Of a DNA stretch of 49,136 bases, positions 23,370 to 35,216 are shown in pieces. This stretch comes from Chiloscyllium plagiosum (Eukaryota). Both the position numbers and the translations under genes were made by a program. Every line of letters starts with the position of its first letter. Positions within the stretch are counted from its first letter, which is position 1. The notes beneath the pieces are model-generated. The model ran no database searches, was not told the origin of the DNA, and worked only from the letters and a program-made list of their open reading frames with translations. Where the stretch lies: NCBI RefSeq assembly GCF_004010195.1, contig NC_057752.1:6507956-6557091 (forward strand). Reading direction: 5' to 3'.

Positions 23370-24749
23370 CTGTGAGTGAGGGAAGGGTGGGTGGAATAGA
23401 AAGCAAAATTAAGTCAGTATAAGGGGTGTAATCATTAGACAATAACATAATTTAATGAGGAAGAAATCAGTGCCCCAATGGCTGAATTTGCAATACACTC
23501 CCCAGAGTGAAGCTGGGATAAGAGGAACTTTTGCTTCAGTCCTGGCCTGTGTTGACTTATTTGATCTCACAGAGGACAACAGGGGAATGACAGAACTGGC
23601 CTCAGTTCAGAATTTGGAGGCGAGAATTGGGGCTGAGAAATCAGACAGGGTCCCATTTCTGACCACTGTCCACTGACGAAAGAATCAAGAGAATAAAAAG
23701 GTATTGAATTAAGGTGAATGACATGAGGAAGAATGCCTTTACATAGCAAGTGGTTAGGACCACCTTGAGTGCACAATGGAGGCTGTTTCAATCATAACTT
23801 TCAACAGCGTGTTGGATAATTATCTGAAGAGAAAACATTTACATGATTACAGGGAAAAGGCAGGAGAATGGGGCTAGGAGAGCTGTTCTCCCTAACTTAG
23901 ACTTCTCTTTTCTTCTAAGATGCTTCTTAAAACCTACCTCCTTAATCAATCTTTTGCTGACTTATCCTAATATCTCCTTATATAGCTCGATGTTGCAAAG
24001 TTTTAATGATGATACTCTTATGAAGCTGTGTTAAAGGCATTATGTAAATCCAATTTGTTCACAATTCAAGAACTAGTAACCTCAATTCAATCTCAGCAAC
24101 AATATTGGTCTTAAATGAATTTTGGTTTATGTTCACAAATGTTCACTGTCCCAAAAATAATAACAATCATGTTTCTGGTTGATTTCATGATTCAGTCTCT
24201 TTCACAAATACAAAATGTGAGAGCTATTACTTGTGATGAACACTTATTATTTGTGTCAAACAGCTGCTGAATATGATGGTCACATCATCTGGGCATTTTT
24301 TTCCTTCTGTGCTCTAACCAATCTATAATTCTATGATGCCTGCTGAAGAATGCCTGTGTGGGGATTTTGGTTGATGAATGTGGTGTTCAGCAATGACTTC
24401 CTCACAGGTATTCTGCTCAGTATAACGAATATTTCTGATCAGCATTAAAATAATAAGAATCAGAAATCTAGGTCTGTTGGTCTTAGATTCACAGAATAGA
24501 CAAGGTAGTAGAGGATAACCAGAAGCAATTAGTGTCTCTAGAAGAGAGGTATAAACTGGAGGTATAAAAATACATTTTATTTCATTTTCAATATTCAGAT
24601 CTTCCCTCAATTTGTTTATACTGTGTTGCCTAACCACATAAATGGCTGAACTCTGCACTGTTGCATCAAACATATGGGGATGATGATCATAACTTTAAGT
24701 CATTGTGGGAAGCAATAAGCAAAGGGCAGAAGTGTGAATACTTAAATGA

Positions 24750-25040
24750 ACTACACGGCATCAATGTCAACTTCACCAGTTTCCTCATCTCCCCTTCCCC
24801 CACCTCATCCCACCTCCAACTCGGCACCGTTCCCCTTGAACTGTCCTACCTGTCCATCTTACTTTCCACCTATGCACTCCACCCTCCCCTCTGACCTATC
24901 ACCATCACCCCCATCTGCATCTACTGTACCTATCGCCTTCCCAGCAATCTTTCCCCCACCCCCACCCTCATATTTATCACTCAGCCCCTTTTCCCCCTCC
25001 CCACATTCCTGCTGTACTTTTCCAGCGCCACCCTTTTCAA
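24750..25040 (+). mobile_element. Penelope-like ORF C-terminal remnant plus pyrimidine tract and terminal-repeat start
   Basis: HGINVNFTSF resembles the recalled C-terminus of Penelope GIY-YIG ORFs. It is followed by a C/T-rich tract, then ATTCCTG (25005-11) fused directly to ctgtacttttccagc of the 8861/25572 family. Confidence 0.6.
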
Positions 25041-25571
25041 CACTAGTGCAGCAGTGTCTAAACTGGGGGAAGGCCAATTTCAATATCATTAGACAGGATC
25101 TGGCAAAAGTAGACTTGCAGATAGGTCTACATTTGGAAAGTGGGAATCTTTTAAAAATAGTATAGTAAGAATTCAGGGCTAGCGTATTCCTTTAAGAATG
25201 AATGGCAAGAGCAGCAAGTCCAGGGAGCCCTGGATGTTTAGGGGATACTGAGAGTTGAGAAAGGAAAAAGGAAGCTTATGTTGGGTATAATGGATTAAAA
25301 ACAGGGGAGGCCCTTCAAAGGTATAGGGTGTAGGGGGTTGCTTAAAAAATAAAATTAGGAAGGCAAAGAGGGGCAATGAAATATCTTTGGCAGATAGGAT
25401 CAAGAAAAACCCCAAGGTGTTTTAGAGTGGTGCCTGTTAAAGACCAAACAGGCAACCTGTGTGTGGAGCCAGAGGATGTGGGTGAGATCTTAAATGAATA
25501 TTTCTCATCTATATTCATAAAGGAGAAAGACATTGTAGCTGGGGATTTCAGTTGGGATGGTGAGGCTCTAG

Positions 25572-25757
25572 AGCCAAGATTAGAGTAGTGTTGGAAAAGC
25601 ACAGCAAGTCAGGCAGCATCCGAGGAGCAGGAAAATCGACGTTTCGGGCAAAAGCACTTCTTCATTCCTGCTCCTCAGATGCTGCCTGACCTGCTGTACT
25701 TTTTCAGCACTATAATCTTGACTCTAACCTCCAGCATCTACAGTACCCACCTTCTCC
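25572..25757. mobile_element. 186-bp fold-back Penelope-like insertion with 14-bp TSD, nested in CR1
   Basis: TGGTGAGGCTCTAG at 25558-71 and 25758-71; inverted arms; partial hammerhead core on the minus strand. Confidence 0.88.
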
Positions 25758-26962
25758 TGGTGAGGCTCTAGTTTTAATGGGAAAACAGGTATAAATCCCC
25801 AGGACCTGATGAGATGGGAAGCAATGGAGAAGATTGCTGAGGCCTTGACAGAGTTATTTAGTACTTCACTAACCACAGATGATTGGAGAATAGTTAATGT
25901 GATTCCTTTGTTCAAGAAGGGCATCAGGATAGGCCAGTTAATTACACACCAGTTAGCCTGATGTCAGTGGTAGAGAAATTATTGGAAAAAATTTTGAGGG
26001 ACAGGATTAATCAACACTTGGAAAGGCAAAGATACTCAATGTGAATCTATTACAGGGAGATCCTGTCTGACTAATTTAATTGAAATATACTGATGAGGTA
26101 ATACAACTGATGTGGTTTACATGGATTCAGTAAGGCCTTTGACAAGGTCCTACATGGAAGGCTGGCCCAAAGGGTAAGAGTCCATAGGATCCAACATAAG
26201 TTTGCAAACTGGACCCAAAATTGGTTTGCAAATAGGAGGGTTTTTTTTAGTGATTGGAAGTCTGTGACCAATGGTGTACCACAGGGATCAGTGCTGGGAC
26301 CCTTGCTATTTGTCATGTACATTAACAACTTGGATGTGAGTGCAGGAGGTGTGATTAGTAGGTTTGCAGATGACATGAAAATTGGTGGTGTTATTGATAG
26401 TAAAGAGGATAGTCTCAGGTTACAATCTGATAATCATCAGCTGGTAAATTGGGCAGAGCAATGGCGGATGGAATTTAGCTCTGACAAGCACAAGGTAATG
26501 CATTTTGGGAGCACTAAATAAGGGAAGAATATACACTATGAATATCCCTATGGAGCACTGAGGAACAAAGAGACTTTGGTGCAGAAGTCCATAGATCGGT
26601 GTCAGCACAGGTTGACACAGTGGTGAAGGTCGTGTATGGGATGCTTGCCTTCATTAGCCAGGGTATGGAATATAGGAGCAAGGAAGTCTTGTTACAACTT
26701 TATAAAGCATTGGTTAGCCTACAGATGGAATACCATATGCAGTTCTGGTCGCCACATCCGAAGGACATCATTGCACTGGAGAAAATATAGAGGTCATTCA
26801 CCAGGATGTTACCTGGGATGGAAAGTCTCAGTTTCGAGGAGAGACTGGATAGACTGGGCTTGTTTTACCTGGAAAACAGAGGAGGCTGAGGGGGTGATTG
26901 AGGAAAACAAAATTGAGAGGCATGGACAGGGTAAATCGTGTGAATCTTTTCCCCTGGCAGAT

Positions 26963-27297
26963 ATCATAGAATCCCTACACTGTGGAAATAGGCCATTAGG
27001 CCCAACAAGTCCACACCAACCCTCCAAAGAGTAACCCACATAGACCCATTCCCCTACACTACATTTACCCCTGATTAATGCACCTGACCTACACATCCCT
27101 GAAACACTATGGGCAACTTAGCATGGCCAATTCACCTAACCTGCACATCTTTGGATTGTGGGAGGAAACCGGAGCAAACCCACGCAAACATGGGGAGAAT
27201 GTGCAAATTCTGCACAGATAGTCACCTGAGGCTGGAATTGAACCTGGGTCCCTGGTGCTGTAAGGCAGCAGTGCTGACCACTGAGCCACCATGCTAC
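26963..27297 (-). mobile_element. HE1-type V-SINE nested in CR1
   Basis: Full head-core-tail match to 880-1232; CR1 sequence resumes after 27300. Confidence 0.88.
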
Positions 27298-27594
27298 CCC
27301 TATGTCTAAGACCAAAGGACATACATTTAAGCTGAGGAGTAAATGTTTAGAGGGGATCTGAGGAAAATGGTTTCACCTAGAGAGTGATAGAAATATGGAA
27401 CGTGCTGCTTGAGAGGGTGCTGGAGGTATGTACTCTCACAATATTTAAGCAGCAGCTGGACAAGCACTTAAAATGCCAGGGCATAGTAAACTGTGGACTA
27501 AGTGCAGACAAATGGGATTAGTGTATTTTGCTGTTTGTTGGTTAGCATATGCATAGTGGGCCGAAGAGACTTTTTCTATGTTGTATGACTCTTT

Positions 27595-28320
27595 GCCTTC
27601 CAGGACAGATACAGCATGGATTACAGAGTAAAACTCTCTCTACTGTTTTAAGACTGAAAGTAAAGCTTCCTCAACACTGTCCCCATGAAACATTCCAAAT
27701 TCAGGGACAATACAGGGTCAAATACAGAGTAAAACTCATTCTACTCTGTCGAACTAAACGTAAATTGAAAATAAAATGCTCTTGACATCATCCCTATCAA
27801 ACACTTCCAGGACAAGGACAGCATGGGGTTGGATCCAGATTAAATCTCTTTTAAACTGAAAGTAATCTCCCTCAACATTGTGCTGTCCCTGTCCTGGGAG
27901 TGTTTCATGGGGACAATTTCAAGGAAGATTTACTTTCAGATTACTTTCAGTTTAAAAGAGCAGAGAGAGGTTTAATCTGTATCTAACCCTGTGCTGTCCC
28001 TGTCCTGAGAGTGTTTGATGGGGACAATGTAAGATACAGAATAAAACTCCCTCTGCACTGTCCTAATCGCACACTCCCAGGACAGGGATAGCACAGGGTT
28101 AGATACAGAGTAAAGCTCTCTCTGCACTGTCCCCAAACATTCCCAAGACAGGGACAGCACAGGGTCAGATACAGAGTAAAACTCCCACTACAATGTCCCC
28201 ATCAAACACTCTCAGGACAGGGACAGTACAGGGTTAGATACAGAATAATACTCCCTCTACAATGTCCCCATTAAAACTATCTGAGGCAGCTACAACACAG
28301 GGTTAAATAAAGAGTAAAGC
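27595..28320. repeat. Approximately 69-bp minisatellite with an inverted internal block
   Basis: Unit gatacagagtaaa-ctccctct-cactgtccccatcaaacactcccaggacagggacagcacagggtta recurs at 28033, 28102, 28168 and 28237; about 27878-28031 is in reverse orientation. Confidence 0.88.
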
Positions 28321-30766
28321 ATTATATACAATTGTAATATTTTCCATAAACTCATATGTTCACTCCTTACTGCATTAGTATGAACTTTGCTATCTCTCCA
28401 CCAGCCAATTTAATGTTTGGAGTTCCATAAAGCTCCCCATCTTTCCATTTTCTCCCCTTTTTTCCTCATTGAGATAGCAGCAGAATTAAAGTGAGAGTGT
28501 GTCTTTACTGACAAGATCATAATGAAGGGAGATTTTCATCATTGTAAATTCACAAGAACTGGAACTACAATTACAGAGAAAACAGCCTTTTGCCAATTCA
28601 GTGTGGACTGCATTAGAACCCAGCTTCCAGAAGCTACTGGAGAACATGCTAACACTCAATGCCGCCCAGTCTCCTGAATTTGAATCTCTCTGACTTGTGC
28701 TGCAACAGTAACAAGAGTGTCTTATTTCAGCACAACATAGCTGTCTAACAGTTCATTGTGCTGCCTTTCTAGTAAATAACGGAGTATAAATATTAAACTG
28801 CCTCCTGACACGTGACTCATCAGCAGTGACAGTACCAGCAGGCAAAGCAAGGAAACTGGACAAGCTGAACTCAGGGTACCCACGTCAGGGTGATTTGTAA
28901 CAAATGATCTGCCCTTTGACCTCCCGTTACTGAAAGAATTTACAAGGAAATGCATTCATTTAAGCTCAAATTCATTTCAGCATCCCGCAGGAGCTCATTA
29001 ACTTGAAGTTGGTCCACAATGCAAACTCAAGTTCAGAGAAAGAGAGAAGCTTATGAGGCTTCATCCATTGGGAATAAGGAGGTGCACATATTCCACTCAA
29101 TCAGCCTTGGTGCTCAATAAAGGAGAGAAGATGCAAGTATAGTGTGTTGTCAAAATGTTTGTGATATTTGTCTTTAGAAGAGCTCAGGCCACCTCCAGAC
29201 ACAATGCAGAAATTAAGGGATACTTTAATACACTTGCCCTAGTTAGGTGATCACAGCTGACACAGCATTTGGAATGCTACATTTGCCATCTGAATTGTGG
29301 GCCAAGGAGGGGAAATATCAACAAAACTTCCCACTGCTGTTTCCATCCAATGATCTCTGTTGGAAAGTGCACATGGATGCAAAGGTCAACACGAAATAGT
29401 AATCAGGCTTGAGTGCAAGGTTTCCCCCAGTTGAGTCATGTTGCTGACCCCTCAGTTCACAGATGAAGACTGGGTATTTGGACAAGGCACTATATAAGTG
29501 CTTGGCACCCAGCAAGGAGTTACTGCCTTCAAGAGAAGAAGGGAAAGAAATGGAGAGAAGATTGAAAGGAAATAAATAAAACTTTTGGTTGTCAGCTTCC
29601 AATGATCCCCTATTCAGGAATTATTAAAACAAAACATCCTTTGGAAAGTTGAAAAATAAAAATAGGCCCTCAGGGCCTAAAGCAGTTGTTTGCCTTTTTG
29701 AGGAGCATCTTCAACATTTATAAACCAACAGAAAAGTTTCTGCATTTCTTGTCTCAGTAATTTTTAAATGACCCCTGGCCCTGTCGAGGTCCAGACAGGC
29801 AGTACCTTACTTGTGGTTTGAAGTAACGATTGTGTGTTATTTAGTACTCTGTATACTGATCAATGTGGCAAATTCCTGTATTTCAATTGAGAAAACTACT
29901 TTCATTTCTCCCCACAGTATGGTAAATGGTCAAACAGACTTCATAAACCTCAATTAATTTGCATGGCTCCTTCTTCCGTTGTTGGAATGTTTCAAGAGCT
30001 TTTCAACCAATAATGGCTTTCTGTTTGCCAAGCAAAATATGCAACAGACAGACTCATACACAAAAAAATCTGATTCAGGTCATGTTGGTTAGGGCAATAT
30101 TGGTCATTTTTCAAAAGGATGTTAATGGAATCTTTTAAGTTCACCTGAAAATCTTACTTGAAGACCAGGACCTTCAGCATTGCAGCTCTCCTTTGCCTAA
30201 GCTAGGACTTCCAGTCGTAATGGAAACTTGGTAGAGTTCTAACCAAAGGTCACTAACCTGAAACGCTATGCAACTGTTTCTCTTCCCACAGATGCTGCCT
30301 GACCTGGATTCCCATTGTTTTCAGTATTGTCTGCTTATATTTCAGATTTTCAGTTTCAGTAGTATTTTTACTCTTGTATTAGTAAAGAAGTAACCTGCAT
30401 TGTAATAGTTCACATTGTAATTAATGTGGTCCAAATGGAAACACAGGCAGCTTTTCGGAACAGGATAGTCTGGAGAAGTCAACCCATGCCCCTTTTTTCT
30501 GCAGCAGCGTGCTAATTTCTGAGCTTTAAATGTCCAGCAACATAGCCAGACCCTTTGACTGCTGCTGTGAAAGGGTAAGGGTAGAAAGTAAGTGTGGGGT
30601 TAGGGTGGTGGTTGGCTAAAAGATTAAGGTGTCAAGTGGGTAATGTGCCAAATAAGTGATAATATACTTATGGTGGGTCAGGAGGGGCATGGTTGTTGGA
30701 GCCATTGGGGAGATGTGTGCCTGGAGTTGGCAGGGGTGGTGAGCAAGGTTGGGGGGGAAGATGTCA

Positions 30767-30829
30767 TGTGTGAGTGTGTGTGTGAGTGTGTGAGTGTGTG
30801 AGTGTGTGTGAGAGAGAGAGAGAGAGAGA
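30767..30829. repeat. Compound (TG)n/(AG)n microsatellite
   Basis: Direct read. Confidence 0.95.
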
Positions 30830-31104
30830 AAAGTTGTGGTGGGGGATCTGGTTAATATTTGCACAGGCGTTAGACTAGCGTTTTAAAATGTCTAATTTTT
30901 CGTGGGTAATATTAGCAGAAGCTGAATGCTCCAAATTTTCTAACATTAAGGGTTTTTCTCCCCAAAGATTCATGAGAATTACCAATCAGAACCTTAAATT
31001 TCAAGGCAATTCCCAAGATGCCTGCTGTGTCTGGATTCTGCAGGGTCCTGATGCGCAACTCCAGTCTGCACTGCTCAGTGATTATCTGGCCATTAGAATA
31101 TCCA

Positions 31105-31262
31105 GCAGGAGGCTGGAAGAACACAGCAAGCCAGTCCTAGAGAACGGTTTATTCACAAAACGTCAACTCCTCCACCTCCTGGTGCCACCTAAGTTGCTGT
31201 GTTCTTCCAGCTTCCTGCCTGTCTACTTTGGATTCCAGCATCTTTAGTTTTTTTTCGTCTCT
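31105..31262. mobile_element. Degenerate fold-back Penelope-like fragment
   Basis: gcaggaggctggaagaacacagcaa is inverted against ttgctgtgttcttccagcttcctgc; ends ttccagcatct. Confidence 0.65.
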
Positions 31263-31271
31263 ATTGGAATA

Positions 31272-31423
31272 CAGAACAACCTCAGTTATCCAAACATCAA
31301 TTATCCAAATTTCGGATAATGCGAAAAAGATCTCAAGGTCCTGTAAAAAATGTTATCCGAACTCGTAGATATCCGAACAAAATACTCCCTGCCCGTCTCG
31401 TTTGAATAATTGAGGTTGATCTG
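31272..31423. mobile_element. Tigger/pogo-like MITE, 152 bp
   Basis: TA flanks; termini CAGAACAACCTCAGTTATCCAAAC and GTTTGAATAATTGAGGTTGATCTG (21/24 inverted match). Confidence 0.82.
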
Positions 31424-31839
31424 TATCCAGGACAGGGAAAATAGTCCTAAGAAATTCTTTCACAGAATAGAAGGAATTTTGTCATTTATTTTACAAAACA
31501 GTGGATGTAAAGTACATGGAATGAAGATCATGCAGACAGAAATCACGTAATTAATAAAAAGAAGAGAATTCTCACCTGAGAGTTTAACAATTTGGGATAT
31601 TCTGTCTGCAAGTGGAACAAATTAGGGAACCTTGCCCAGGATCTGGTTGGAACAAGAGGTATTTTGGATTTCTAGGAGCAGCAGTGACATTGCAATAATG
31701 TATGTACTTCAAAATTATTTCATTGGCTATAAAGTGCTTTGGAAATTTTCAATAGAAACATCTATTAAATAAATAAAGTGCTTTGGAACATGCTGAGGTC
31801 ATGAAATGCACAATATAAATGTAAGCCTTTCTTTAGACG

Positions 31840-32150
31840 GTATAAGGCTTTCAGACAAGATTTTAAACAAAGGTCTCACCTATTTGCTTTGGTGGACATG
31901 AACGATCCCAGGGTACGATTATTAAAAAGAGCAAACGAGTTTTCCTTTGTGTCCAGGTTAAGATTTGTCCCTCAACCAACATCACTAAAATAGATGATGA
32001 TCTGATCAATATCATATTGCTGTTTGTGGGAGTTTGCTGTGCACAGCTTGGCTTCTGCATTTTCTACATTGCAACCTTAAGTGTACTTCTCAAGTACTTT
32101 ATTGGATGTAAAGTGCTTTAAGACATCCACTGGCTCTGAATACTTTCTCT
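31840..32150 (+). mobile_element. Deu-core SINE
   Basis: ccctcaaccaacatcactaaaa...ttgctgtttgtgggagtttgctgtgcaca...aagtactttattggatgtaaagtgcttt. Confidence 0.7.
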
Positions 32151-33295
32151 CTGTCTTTTTGCTGGCTTTGTAAATGCTCCTCCTAGCAAAGCACTAAGTC
32201 ACACAGATCAAGAGTGTGGAGTGAGCTGTTCTCAGCATGGGCAATTGTTAGAAGCTATAAATTACCTCTTTAGCCCTCATGGAAAGAAATAATTATTGAG
32301 CAACAGCTCTTTCTCTTGTAATCCCCACTGGAAAACGAACGTGTGCGGATGCTGGGTGAATAAAGGATAGGGCAGGTGTGATCCTATCCATAACCAAATA
32401 GTCTGCTGCCATACAGTGTCTGGGCTAACCCATTAGGAACAGCCATAAAGATCTGCAGAGTCAGGAAGCATTCACAAGTCAGCAGCAGCCGCTGATTCTG
32501 GATTAACCGAGATCATGCTCACTACGAATTCTGAGTAAAGATTGACAGCTGCAGAGAAGCCTGTTGTGGCTGGATAGCCTCTATACTGTGCATATTGACT
32601 TCACACATGCTGACCTTGAAGTCCTCTCAGTCCAGCTGGTGTGATGTAAAGTTTAAAAATAGGGAACGTTTGCCTTGACTAAATAAATGCATGTTTTAAA
32701 AAAAAAGTGTAATTGGATCTCGCTCCTCTGCAGCATCCCCGTTCCCACTCCAAAACCCACCCTCAAATCTTCCACTCTTCTCTCAAGGACTGCCTGGGGT
32801 TTTCCAATTCTGTGCTTGTCAGCATTTATTTTAAGAGATGGACTATCATGGGCTGGCGAACACAGACAGGAGCAGATTACCCTGGGCACTGACTAATCCA
32901 GCAGCCCTGAGGTGCCCACTCTAACTACTCTACCACAAGGGCCACTTGTGAAAATTGTGTTACTCAACCCACAGAACAGTACAGCAGCAGGAGGAATCAC
33001 TGTCCTCAGAATGAAGACATCATAACCCACTCAACGATTAAGCACAAAATGACCGACTGAAAGCAGGCTCACTGTGTGATGAGAAATGCTGCTCTCATTT
33101 GACTCAATCTAATAATGTTTATTTGACAAAATGGGTTCATCCTTTTTGCATAAGGTGCAAGAGCCACAAAATCCTCAGAAAGAACTTGTTTATAGTCGGT
33201 CAGTAGACAGAAAAAAACATCCAGTCAAGACTGGATAGAAATCAATGTACTGTTGCCAAGAAATATAGAAGCCTCATCAGTTAAGATTAAAGAAA

Positions 33296-35020
33296 TGAAT
33301 TGAATTGAATTGAATTTATTGTCACGTGTACCAAGGCACAGTGAAAAGCTTTGTCTTGCAAGCAATACAGGCAGATCACAGAGTTAAGTAGCATAGATAG
33401 TAAATAATAGGTAAGCAGTAGCAAAAACAAAAACATAGGTACAGGTGAATGTTAAGAGTTTGTGAGTCCATTCAGTATTCTAACAACAATAGGGTAGAAA
33501 CTGTTTTGAAACTGGCTGGTGCATGTGTTCAGGGTTCTGTACCTTCTCCCTGATGGTAGAGGTTGTAGGAAAACATTGCCAGGGTGGGATGGATCTTTGA
33601 GAATGCTGGCGGCCTTTCCTTGACAGTGGGCCTGGTAGGTGGATTCTATAGATGGGAGGTTGGCCTTTGTGATTGTCTGGGCTGAGTTCACCACTCTCTG
33701 TAACAGTCTCCGATCTTGAATGGTACAGTTGCCATACCAGGTAGTGATACATCCAGACAGAATGCTCTCGATGGCGCACCTATAAAAGTTGGCAAGGGTA
33801 TTCGCTGCCATGCCAAATGTCCTCAGCTGTTTGAGGAAGAAGAGACGTTGTTGGGCCTTTGTAAGCAGTGTATCCACATGAAGAGCTGAAAATGTGTTGC
33901 TGGAAAAGCGCAGCAGGTCAGGCAGCATCCAAGGAACAGGCGAATCGACGTTTCGGGCATAAGCCCTTCTTCAACTCCTCTCCTGTTCCTTGGATGCTGC
34001 CTGACCTGCTGCGCTTTTCCAGCAACACATTTTCAGCTCTGATCTCCAGCATCTGCAGTCCTCACTTTCTCCTGTCCACATGAAGAGTCCAAGAAAGTTT
34101 GTTGTGGATGGCCACACCCAGGAGCTTGACACTCCACTCGTTCCATTCTGTGCTGTTAATGTGTGGGAGGGGGCATGAGTAACATCCCACCGAAAGTCAA
34201 TAACGAGTTCCTTGGTTCTTCTGGCATTGAGAGCTAGGTTGTTCTCAGTGTACCATTTTTCCAGGTCTTCCACCTCCCATCTGTAGTCTGTTTCGTCGCC
34301 ATCTGAGATTCAACCGACTATGGTGGTGGTGTCATCAGCAAATTCGTAAATGGCATTAGTCTGGTATTTGGCGACGCAGTCATGGGTATACAGTGAGTAC
34401 AGTAAGGGGCTGAGTACGCACCCCTGGGGGACTCTAGTGTTGAGTGTTAATGAGGATGAAATATTGTGCCCAGTCTTCACTGATTGTGGCCTGTGGGTCA
34501 GGAAACTGAGGATCCAGTTACAGAGAGTGGGGCGTGGTCCGAGATCACTAAGATTAGTAATCAGCCTCAAGGGGATAATAGTGTTGAAGGCTGAACTGCA
34601 GTCAATGAGTAGGATTCTTATGTAGCTGTTCATGGTGTCAAGATGTTCTAGGGAGGAGTGAAGAGCAACTGATTTGGCATCTGACATGGATCTGTTGGTC
34701 CAATAGGCAAATTGGAGTGGGTCAAGAGTAGTGGGGAGGCTGGAATTGATTAATGCCATGACCAGCCTTTCAAAGCACTTCATGACCACTGAAGTTAGGG
34801 CCTCTGAAAAGTAGTCATTCAGACAAGCTGCATGAGCTTTCTTAGGCACAGGGATGATGTTGACCCTCTTGAAACAGGCAGGGACAGTGGCCTGCTGCAG
34901 GGAGAGGTTGAAGATGTCCGAGAAGACCTCTGTCAGTTGATCTGAGCATGCTCTGAGTGCACGGCCTGGTACTCCGTCTGGTCCCATCGCTTTCCTTGGA
35001 TTCACATGAAGGAAAACTGA
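33296..35020 (-). mobile_element. Rex1/Babar LINE, 5' truncated, RT domain present
   Basis: KAMGPDGV, ALTSVVMKCFERLV, LDPLQFAY, SAFNTI, VPQGCVLSPLLYSLYTHD, FADD; (CAATT)n tail; interrupted at 33886-34072. Confidence 0.92.
33886..34072. mobile_element. Fold-back Penelope-like insertion nested in Rex1
   Basis: TSD T(A/G)TCCACATGAAGAG at 33871-85 and 34073-87; same subfamily as 8861-9069. Confidence 0.9.
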
Positions 35021-35216
35021 TGGGAAGTGAAGTAAAAACTTGGCCTATAAATTCAGCTGTGCAAAGCAGAGTTGCAGGAACCATGCTGAATACAACCATG
35101 TTGCAGCCAGCATTACCCATTGGGATGGGTTGATAGTGGTGCAGGAAATTAGCTTCACTGAGACGTCTTAAAGACAGCCATTACCCCTTACAGTAAGGAG
35201 CACACTGTAAAATACG

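Larger units (their letters stand above)
25045..27592 (+). mobile_element. Old CR1 LINE ORF2, fragmented, with nested insertions
   Basis: [37 protein letters not shown]...FADD, QFWSP; many stops and frameshifts. Confidence 0.88.

Noticed and set aside
27595..28320. CRISPR array
   Set aside because: Whole units repeat with no unique spacers, there are no cas genes, and the context is a eukaryotic intron.
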